Source: Bugula neritina (taxonomy: Eukaryota; Animalia; Bryozoa). From it: a stretch of 64,000 bases of DNA. The stretch spans positions 23,187,504-23,251,503 of the forward strand of contig OZ037765.1 of NCBI GenBank assembly GCA_964035545.1. The letters run 5' to 3'. This document shows positions 1-11,696 of this stretch, piece after piece (the first letter of the stretch is position 1; the number at the start of each line of letters is the position of its first letter). The notes under the pieces were generated by a model. It was not told where the DNA came from. It was given only the letters and a program-made list of their open reading frames with translations, and made no database searches. The translations under genes and the position numbers were made by a program.

Positions 1-38
1 GCAAAGTAGAACTACTTATGACATTACGCAATACCTAC

Positions 39-56
39 CCATGGGCAGATCAGTGC
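39..56 (-). CDS. UNC13: Candidate 18-nt UNC13 microexon (ALICPW)
   Basis: ctttcctctag|GCA CTG ATC TGC CCA TGG|gtaggt; frame-preserving after the phase-0 exon 383-445. Confidence 0.4.
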
Positions 57-382
57 CTAGAGGAAAGTTATTACAGAAAAGCAAATAATAATTATCAATA
101 CAAACAATATTTAGCAAATAGTTGATCTATTCATACTAAAAATTATTTTGAGCATGATAAACTTAAATGAAAGCAGTCAAGCTGATTGTTGAATATATGC
201 TCCCATGATATTAACTATTGATGATATTCATAAAACAGCTTCTGGGCACTAAACGCTAGCAATATATATTCTATAAATTTATAACAAAGCTAAATGTAAG
301 TTGGCATGACTAAATGTATAAAAGATAGAAATTTATTATATGAAAATAAAAAAAATACAATGTTACATTTTGCTAAACTCAC

Positions 383-3300
383 CCCAGTTGCATCAGGCAG
401 CTTTACATCATCCCCTGAACGTTGACATAAATGGTGGAAAATATTCTACAATATTACATTGCATTATTTTATACTAAACACCATTAAAACATCTAATAGA
501 AACAGCAAGCATAATACATAATTAGCAAAACAAATTAGCAACAGTAACACACTGTCACAATATAGTACAGAATCTCACCTCATGCAGGGCAGTGTACTGC
601 ACATGGTACGGGGCTACTTTCTCCTCCCCCTTGATGGCTACATTGATGTGTAGTCTAATAGCACCAGACACGGCTGACTTATCCGTTCTTTTCTCTAAAA
701 GAGGTAGAAGTGTCACTGTGACAGAAAGGGCTGTTGGATTACACAGTTACGGAATGCAGGTACTAATTTAGGTGTTGTTGTTACATCAGTGATGGAACTA
801 ATCAGATAGCGAGTGATCATGTTGATATTGTGTACGCCATACTAGATCCAGAAACTTAGACTTGAATCAACAGTCTATAGTTAAAAAAGATCGAGGGGAA
901 TCAGGATAGCCAGGTTCTACATTATATATTGGAGGGGAGAGGGAATGTATTTCATAAAAGTATTTGGTAACGAGAGAATATATATATATATGTTATATTA
1001 TGGAATAGAAAAGCAGTACATTTAAAAGCTGACATGTAATTTGAAATATCATGTTTATCATGCCAGCCGAACTGTGCAATCACGTTGAAATAAACTGTGC
1101 ATTATACAAATATATTATGCATGAACCAAAAAACAATAATGATAAAAATATAAAGCCTTGTTAAATAATTAAAACAGCAAGGCAAGTTTAAAAAGTGTTA
1201 AAATATTTAAACGCCTATTGCCAAGAGACAGGAATTAGTAGAGCCAATAAAATTTTCTATTAACCTGAACTGCTGGAATAATATTAGAGCCTAAGTTATA
1301 ATAAACTGGATAAAATTGATTTAAAGTACGTTATTTGTAGATTAAACTAAATTGAAAAAATGTGTAATTAAAACAATTCCAATTGAGGAGTAATGTATTA
1401 AAATGTTATTCAATCAATGATAGACATGTAAGTTTCTGCTGCTAATTTTCTATGTCCACATGTAGTTAGCATATAAGCTACACAGCTAGTAGCCAAGTCG
1501 GGTGATAACAGTGCTGAAAACAGTTTTTGTTTCAAACACTGAAAATATTTATTGAAAAATAGAAATTATCTGAGACATGCGTATTTATAATTAATTTGAT
1601 AGGCTTATACGTGGACTACTATAGAGAATTTACAATATCTTATGGTTGAGGAGAATTGTTAGGGAATCATCAAGGTGGGAATTTTCTTGTGACAAAGCAA
1701 CTACATGAGGAATTTTCGACATAATGATTCTTTTGCTAAATTTGCAAATTATTGCAACAAAGATACATTCAGAATTTTGTTTTTATTTCATTTTGTAGCA
1801 CAACATAGGCCTGTTTTCTACATCTAAGAATATTCTCTTCAGGTTAGTACAAGAAGCTACAGCCATGCCTATGATATTTTGGATTTAGCTGTAAAAACAT
1901 CTATTTGGAAATTATTCAGCATTTGGCAGGAATTGATAAGTTTACTAGAAATAGGTTGGTTTGTAAGCTAATGTAAAGTAATGGATACAACAGAGGCATA
2001 GAGATTGCATGTCATTACGTGATACCTAGGTTATACCAAACGTCCATATCACCATTGAGAGTTCGGACTTCAATGATCGTTTGACCAAGGAAATCGTCAC
2101 TTTCATGTGAGGTGAAAGTTGAACGTAGCTTTGATTGTAGATCATTATCTTCATCCCTAAACAAAACACAATCAGCTCAATTATTCAACAGTTATACAAA
2201 ATACTGGCAGCAAAAATAGCAGGCAGTAATATGTGTGCATATCAAAAACACTTTTTGTTAAAATATTTAATATAACGAAAGTCCAAAGAGAAAATAATCA
2301 CGCTCTAACCAATAGCAGGAAAAATGTTCAAAGTGTTCGGTTTTGAATTTTTGTAATGTTTGTAATAATACGAAAATTCAGTTTTTCTTTTTAGTTTTGG
2401 ATATGCACAGATAGTACTGAATACTGTTTCTGCAGAAGCCACCATGACTGGCTGGCCGAGTGACCTACCTAGATTATACCACACATCCATCTCACCAGAC
2501 AAAGTTCGAACTTCAATTATAGTCTGGCCAAGAAAATCATCTGACTCTGGGGTAAATTTTTTGCGAAATTTTGATTTGAAGTCGTCGTCCTCATCCCTGT
2601 AGTATACAGCTTTCAACAACATGGCATACACAAAGCTATAGCCAGCCCGGTTTATTGTAAAAGAACTTTAACTACACCTAGCATGACTATCAGTCATCAT
2701 GAAACTACAATGTAAGTGCCACAAGGTCAGTACATTCCATTACACATGAACAACTTGAAACTTACCAAACTCGAACTTTGATTCTATCAGAAAAGTTGTG
2801 GCATTCACTAAAAGAGAAATAGAAAACATATGATTATATTTATTTAAATAAGATCCAAAGTCTGAGACACTGCACACTACAAAAATAAGAAGTATTACAT
2901 AAAAGAAGTCATCAAAATTAATCTACAAAATAGTTATAATCAACCTACAATGTAAATGATTGATCCCAAACAGGGTTGAGCTCCTTGGGCACTGTTTTAG
3001 TCTGCTTTTTCGTTTTGCCGACTTGTACAGTAACATATGGGTCACTAGTGCCTGTTTTGTCTTTTCCTATTAAACCTTGGGCTCTCAATACTACAATTAT
3101 TAGCAACAGAATATGCAGGTACAGAATGCTACTATGAGACACATGATTGTACATAATGCACTCATTACAAAAGTATGCTAAGTCTGTGCAAGACAAACCC
3201 AAATTATTCAGATCTTTCTTTTTACAGACACTAATTCAGAAAGGAGATGCTGAATAAGAAAAGTCTGAGATCATAGACCATTTATTAACCATAGCAAACT

Positions 3301-6300
3301 GTGATTAAGTGGAACTGTGCTGCCGAAGCATTGACCACCACAGTCTAGTGACTACTACGTGTCATACTTTGGAAGAGTCAGCAATCTGTTTCTAGCATTC
3401 TATGCAAATTGAATAAAATATTATTATATGACAGCTCAGAATATGCCACCCGAAAGATATCCAAAACCCATGAACTGTGCACAATTACATGATAGTGCGA
3501 TATAGCATGTTTTTCTCCCATTGATAAAATTCTATAGCCAGCGACCATTTTGTTAGAACAGGCACTGGCTATAAATAATTACTCTCCATTCATTTCATTT
3601 GAGAGTTTTACTTACACACAGAGGTTTTTCTTTTTGTGGATAACCACGCTTGCTTTACTTTCAGAAATAACAAAATATTAACATGCAATATTATATAGAA
3701 GATGACACAACTAAGCTGTGAGAAACAAGTTAATTATGTAACAAAATTTTAATTATTTAGCAAAGCAATTTCCGCTCTTGACACTTTTGGTAAAGGTAAA
3801 AGTTTTTCTGGCTCAACATATAGTTATGGAACTATCAAAGCCTGTTTGTCATGTGGAATAAAAGCAAAATTGCTTTTTAAAAAGTTGTTACGTAAATAAT
3901 AATGTCAATCAATAAGAGAATATTTTGTGGTAGAGCTTTTGAATTAAGCTTGAAACATAATTTATTTTATTTTTCAACATGCTTTCCAAACCTATTGTTA
4001 TATCGCACATGAATTATGTTTTTCAATTATATAGAATTTAAAATTGAAAATTAAAAAATCTTTAAACATAGAACGAATTGATGTAGAGCCAGTAATCAGC
4101 TACAAACTTGCTGTAAAAAGTAGTTCTATTGCTGACTTTATATTCACCTGTAATGTTGAGTCTAGCCGACCAGTTCGATGTACCAGCAATGATGCCCTCT
4201 TTGACATGTCTCAAAGATGCTGCGTGCAGCTCATTGTCTATTTTGAAAACATTTCTAAAAATCAAATAAGTAATACTTTAAATTAATTCTGACAGCTACT
4301 TTTACAGACACACTAAGCATATTAAACATAATAGTCAACAGCTGAAATATTTATCCGTTCATATAGATACAACTCTATAACTGGCAGCCATTTGTTGCTG
4401 ACAGTCCGCTGCTGATCACGTGGTCACACTGCAAACACATCAACCTAACTTACTTGATCATGTCAAAGATCTCGGGCTTACTCTTTTCTCGAGTTTCCAT
4501 TCGACCTTCAATTGCCTTCTTTTTAGCCTGAGCTTTATCCTCGGAACCTCTCTTAGCGTTCTGCTCAGCGGCTTCTGTAAACAGCACCGTGTCTCTTTTG
4601 AAGGTACTTTAAATACTTTGCAAGATACAAACATATAAACCAAAAACTGGTGCTTTGATAAGCTAATAAGGAAGTTATACCATACAGCCTTCAATCAACT
4701 CCTCAAATTCTTAAAGGTTGGAACAAACTTGGCAAGAATTGACCAGAAATGAGTGAAAATAAACAAAATGAACACATTTATTGGTTTCTAATGAATTAGT
4801 ATCAGTTTGACTGCAGCCTGTTCTGTTGGAGTGTTTGTTTATTGAGTTCTACTACTTCATCATTTCCATCTACCATACTTACCTCTTCTTATGTGAGAAA
4901 TGAGTTTGTTTCTCTTCTAATAAATTGACTACTCACTGTTGCACGACTAGCAAGCTATTTTACCATTTGTAGTATTGTACATGTTCACAACACCCTCTCG
5001 ATTTGCTGGCAGTTGAGAATGGCAATTTAAATTTTTCAATACAGATGCTAATAGCACTAGTAGAAAGTTTTACTATTAAACAGTAATGTATTGTTTGTCA
5101 TTTGGTGAGTTCTTGTTCTACCTCTTTGCTATATAAACTGCTCAGCCCAGATAGATTGACTTGAGACCTAACAGAGTTCCAGCAGTCTGACCAGCTCAGA
5201 TCAACAGACATCACCTGGTTCCATGTTTTGAACTGGCTGCAGTCAAACTGAGAATTAAGATCTTTACACGGGTAGACCAGTGTACAAGAGAAAATGAAGC
5301 ATCTAACCAGCTATTTAATCCAACTAAAATAACTTTTCACTTAACTCACTATTAACTAAATATTAACTAGCTACTAGATCTATTAACTATTGACTAGGTA
5401 CTAGATCTATTAACTATTGACTAGGTACTAGATCTATTTACTATTGACTAGGTACTAGATCTATTTACTATTGACTAGATGCTAGTCCACTAACTATTAA
5501 TTGGGTACTAGATTTACTATTAACTAACTACCCAGTCTATTACTAGCTGGTGACTCAACTTGCAACTACTTACGTTGTAGACAGTCGGCATTTAACAAAT
5601 CTTTGCATTTTTCATGACATTTCACACCACATTCTGAGCAGCGCAGACCTTGCTTGGCAACACCCCACAACAAGCCTCCGCACTCAAAGCAATAGGTTGG
5701 CCCGGTTGCTGACCAGGAGTGAAAGTTATGTGGTGTGGTACTAGAGATTGGATATATGGTTGCCTCCAGGGCCTTCTTGTACACATGCATTTTCTAAAAT
5801 TCAAATTAAAAATCAAATTTTGAAACTGAATTAATTTCTTAAATAGGCTACAAAAAGACCATATCAAAATGCAACTTGCACAAGTATCAGTAAGATACAC
5901 TAATCAAAACTTATATAATAGACTACCCATAAAATATTTTATCTTTAGAATACTTACCAAATCTTCATCATTTAACGATTGTCGAACACCAAAGGCTGAT
6001 TGCATACCGCTCTTTTTATTATTGTGTATTGTCTGGAAAATACAACTATAGCATTTAAATAGCTTATCACAACAGCAGCTTGGTCCATTCTCCCACCCCA
6101 AAGAAATAAATTTTGCAAACAAACGAAAAATTAAGAAAATACTAATCTGGCATTTTGAATCAGTCACTACGTACCACACAATGTTGACTATGACTGATAT
6201 ACTAACTTTACTAAACTAGTCAAACATGCTGGCCCTAACACTCAGCAGTGTATTTCACAGTCTGCAACACCTTATATTATTGTGCTCTCGTGATAAAGAT

Positions 6301-9300
6301 AAACAAAATTGACAATTTTTCGATTTCTTATCAACCAAATAATCTAAAAACTAAAAAACAACAATACCTTGTGGAAAATATAACAACAAATCGATTTAAA
6401 CAGTGCATGAAGGCACACAAGCAATTAGTAAAATCACTGGCACTCAATTTTAGTCACTTTTGCTCAAAGATAACAAAATATAAATAATATTCAATTTAGT
6501 AATAAGCCATAGAAAATAAAGCTAGGCAATAAATAGCTAAACTAAATATGATTTCCTGACAAATGCGTGAAGGATTTAATGAAGTGTGAGTGTAAAAAAC
6601 AAAATAATAAAAGCGCATATTGGGCAAGTATATTCATGTAGCTAAAATGAACACAACAATTTGAAAATAATCACATGTTAGCCATTACCTGCATAACCTG
6701 AACAAAAAATAAATAAGGAAATATTAACGTCTGGCAGAATCCAAACTGATGAGTAATATAAGTAATACAGCAGACACCTTGTTTATGTATAATACTTTGA
6801 ACTAGTAGTACTAGCTTACCAAGAATGACAAATGACAAATCTAGAGTGTAATTATTAGAAAGAGCAACAGACAATCAATTTAAAACTTTAAGATACATAA
6901 TAATACACTAGTTGATAGCAAGCAGGATAATAAAAAGCAAAAGGTAAATGCATAGAAAAGGCACAGAAAGCGCTTAGAAAGATATGTATTGGCTGTGTTA
7001 CATCTCTTATGGAAACTTTCATTGCTTTTAGCCCTCATGGATTTAGGGGCTATGCAAAACATACTCCTTGTTATATAATAAGTATATACTAATATAAAAT
7101 GCTAAAATAGACAAGGTATACCAGTGTTGGTTAACTGGTACAGAGACTGAACAAAGTTAAAACCTTACACTGCAGTTTCATACTGATGATTGCACACACC
7201 TATGTCTTTGAGGAGCACCAACTGGAAAAATTTAAATAGCCTAGATTCTTTCAATTTTTATGCATTTTATTTTGGAACTTTTGTAAACATAAATACTTTG
7301 GCAAAATTTCTCATGTCTAGGCTTTTCCAAATTCCTCTATTGTTGCCTCTACATCATAAATTTTCCATAAGCAGCTCGAGTTGGGGACGACTGAATGCAG
7401 CCCCTTGGGGTCACCGGTTTTGGAGCTTGGGATTCAAAGTTTCAATTTAAATCCTCAACTCCAAACTCAAGAACCTCAAACTACTGCAATTAGTCACCTC
7501 CGACTCCAGGATGCTTATAGCAACTTTCTCTGCATCATGCATAGCAGTGCTTTCAAGCAAAATTGCATCAAGGTGCCAAGGCTGACTTGTGTAAATATAC
7601 AAAACTCAAAACTACCATCAACTGCAGTCTCACATACTGTAACTGCATTTAGTAAACTCTGTCTGAGTAAAAGGCAGCAGGAAGCAAATGTCAGAACCAC
7701 AAGTTGATCGTTTAAACTTTATAATTTACATAATCAATACATATCACCTAAATATGCTGACACTTGTGTACAGTAAGCTCAGTTGGGTTGCTTAAAAAAC
7801 ATAATATTGAAGGGGATAAATAAACCAAATATATAAATAAAGAACACCACCACCGATCAGGACATGGCGGTGAGCAAATGAATCACTAGTGTTGAGGTAG
7901 AGAATTGGAAAATGGGGATGAATCTGAAGGCATTGAAAGCGATTCTTAGAAAAAATATAGTCAAGCTTATATAAGGAAAAATTGTGATATTTACAGCAAA
8001 TACATGCTAATAGATGAGCTGTGGGAACAACACTTTATATTAAGTAGTTCATAATACGATTATAGGATCAATATTAATAGAATGAGGTGTACCCAGTGAC
8101 TACAACAGCTGAAAGGATGAGTAAATCACTACAGACTTCATTCTATCAAAGAAAAGAGTCGCACAATACTGATGGCAGTGGGATGCTGCAATGGCAAAAG
8201 CTAAAGATGAATTAGTTAGTGGAGGAATGGCATCAGTAGAACAGCATTTATTGCTGCATCAACAAATCTTGCTTACCAGTTCGGAAAATCTGGCAGCTCC
8301 AGACAAAGGTTTCTATTGTTACCAATACAAGTAGTAATACAAGTAGTAATGCCAACAAACAACAACGTTTCTCAGTCTACCGTTACCAGGATGAGCATAA
8401 AACTTGCAACGTTACAAAAAATTACTTGTTTTAAAAGTTGTACAAATATCTGTCTGTTAGTCTGTTTACTGTACATGCAAGATTTCATCTCTCAATGAGT
8501 AAACAATTTTCTGTCTGACCACAATTACTGAGCTGCAATGGTTGGTTCCCATTTATAAAAAAGTGAATAATTGGTAATATTGTGTGTACTAATTGGCAAT
8601 ATAACATTAAGTCCAAGAAATTTTTTCAAAAAGTTTAAAACATTAGCATTTAGACTAATGTTAGCATTTTATTCCTAAAAATGACAGCATAAAGTTAATC
8701 AAGACATTTTATTATTAATAATTTTTGCATTTACTTATTTACTTATAATCAATGAGAATGACCAAAATTTTCTGTAAAACTTCATCACATATGAAAACTA
8801 GAAACTAATAGAAACGGCCAAAAGCAGCTCACAACTGATAAAAACCCTCCGCATTAAACCTTAGTATTTCAACTCAAATTACTTGACATGAGAGGAAAAT
8901 ATTGTATTATTCTACAAACTCAATTTCACTTGGACCACCACCTTATTACACCAGAAACATGACTGGCCATAGACACTAAACAAAGTATCTACATTAGGTA
9001 CTTCTGTTAGCTTGATAATAGATATGCTAATGTTTCTACACACAACAACTTCTAACTGTAAAACAATACATGCTTATTTGCTAAAATCTGCCATTCCAGG
9101 TCCATAATGGCAGAACATAATAATACTACTATAACAGGGTATTTCATCAATAACTGCACACTATGCCTGACACCATGTACACTGGCAGCTCATTAACTTT
9201 CAGGTGTTCATGCAGGTACACAAGTTACAGCTAAAAATGCTGCATAGAATGGTTTAACAATACCACAGCACAAGTAAACATAAACTAAATGTTTAGATTG

Positions 9301-11630
9301 TTTCCCAAATACCCACCAGTTCGCTGACAAAAGGAATTGATTTTCTTCTGTTTGGAAGGTCGATGCTGGATATCATGTCAATACTTTCATAGAAGCTGTC
9401 CATGCTGCAACCACAACGTTTGTAATACAACATACCAATTACACATTCAAATATTTACTATTGTGAAAAGCTAATGTTTAGACACATAGACCAGCATATG
9501 AGCTTTCTGGGAGCTTCTCTTAAAGAATACCATAATTAATCCTATTCCAGTATAAAGGAAAAGTGGATGATTTATTTAGCAAAAAACCACTAATAATAGG
9601 TAGAAGCATATTTCAGTGTACCTCTGTGATGAAATATCTACATGCTGGTATAAATAAAATATATAAAACATACTGGAAGTGACTTCCTCTCACCCAGGCA
9701 AAACAAAGACACTGTTAATTAAAAAGCTCATGTATCCCTACAGACTATCTCAGCACTACTAGTTGGCCATTAAGGTCAGTATTCATCCTTAAGAATAATG
9801 TGCAATGATTTTGATAATTCTTAAGCTACAGAGAAAAAGAGTGATGTGGTCATAGTAGTCAACTATCATAGCTACAAGGGATTGTAGGGAATAGAAAGGT
9901 ACATGCTAATGCTAATGTATGAAGTAGAACAAGGGCTCAGTTGAAGTGGTTATTATACATTTTGATTTTACTCTATTTCGTTACATGCCTGTACGTGTAT
10001 ACATTCGTATCTAATAATTACACCCACAAATCTGATTGATGTATAAATTCAAAACAACTTTACATTGTATATAATTATAAATAAAAAAAAAACAATTTAG
10101 TAGCACATATTTTCTATAATTTAAATGTTGTGATTGGCCAAACTGGGCTATATGTTCCAAGCTAGTATGGATAGTTGTGGTACCAGACTATAACCTTCTA
10201 GGGAGCAGCTGTGGTTTAGAGGTAGGAGCACTGGTCTAGTATGACAGATGTAGCTAGGCCAGGGGTTCTAATCTAGGTAAGGGTTAATGGTGATGTCAGG
10301 AGGGGGGCATTTGGTCAAAATTGCTTCTTCCCTACTATAAAATCCTTAGATCTATGGCGACCATGCAGTCTTAAGCCTTATTTCAAACTTTCACCACAAA
10401 GAATTCTCACAGACTTGGACAATTTAAATAGATGACTATTTGGAGAATTTTCTTACAACTACAGGTTTCCATAACTCAGTCTCGCTCTAACTTAGTTGTT
10501 TTTTGCCCCCTCTTATGTGCCCATGATAGTGTTAAGTATTTTGGTTTACATTATTTAGGACACCAGTCTGTTAGGGTGTCAAAGCTGCATTTATATAAAA
10601 CTGTAGTTTTATACCAATTTAACTAATTGTGTATTGTAATCTATTATTACACCATCTCAACCCTCTGACAGTTTAAAATGGTCAGTTTTCTTTCTACCCA
10701 TATGGTGTATAAGCTGCTCAGCCCAGAATGTCCCCTTCTTTTCCAAAGTTCAATTTAAACTATTGCTATCGTCAAAATGAGATTGACTCATGGAAATCAG
10801 TGAATAAAACATCGCTGTTCAAGACTTCAATTTAGTATTAGCAGGAGACCTAAACATTCTGTGATAACTTGTGTAGCTTTATAGGCCCATTTAGAGAATA
10901 GCTTTCCTACTAACTAAAACTACTTTACTTCTGAACTCTAAAATAGAAGATATTGGTTGTAATCTTACGCTTTATTCTTCCAAGCATTCTTTCTGCTGCT
11001 TGGTAGAGCAGTAATAACGTCATCTCCTTCTCTCTCTTCCTCTTGCTCCTGCAGAGAAAGAGAACGTTGAAGCATCTTCACCGAAAGTAAAGTTCAAGAT
11101 ACAACACTGCAAGTTGTATTGCAGTGTTGAAATATCACCAACTAGTACTAAGCAAGACTCTGTTGAAAAAGATTAGTGATACATGAAGTCACCTGATAAC
11201 CATCTAATTACTTTAGCCAAGTCAAATGGTTAAAAAACACATTTAAGTAACCAATGGCAACACAATGCCTAAAATTGGCAAGTTCCCAGAAGGGTGAACA
11301 GTGCCATCTTCAGTCAGAAAATGATTTATATTTTTTATTTTTATAGCTTTGTGAAAAATGGCATATGAAAAATTTACTTAGAATTTTATTGAAATTTTTA
11401 AAGTACACTTTGCTTTAGAAGTTAGGTATTACCCTAAAGAACTCATTTTTGAAATGTTTGTCACACTATAAGACTTTTCCGAAATCTTTTCAGCTATTTG
11501 TATATATTTCAATATCTTCTAAGGAGGTTGACTCAAAAGAGAATAACTACCTAACAAAATGTGCTGAAAAGAACATAATAACATAGAAGGATAACAGTTG
11601 CTCAAAGAGGGAAAGTATTTTAATATATAT

Positions 11631-11696
<66 letters not shown>

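Noticed and set aside
5345-5545. CRISPR-like repeat array
   Set aside because: No unique spacers and a eukaryotic intronic context; it is a plain minisatellite.
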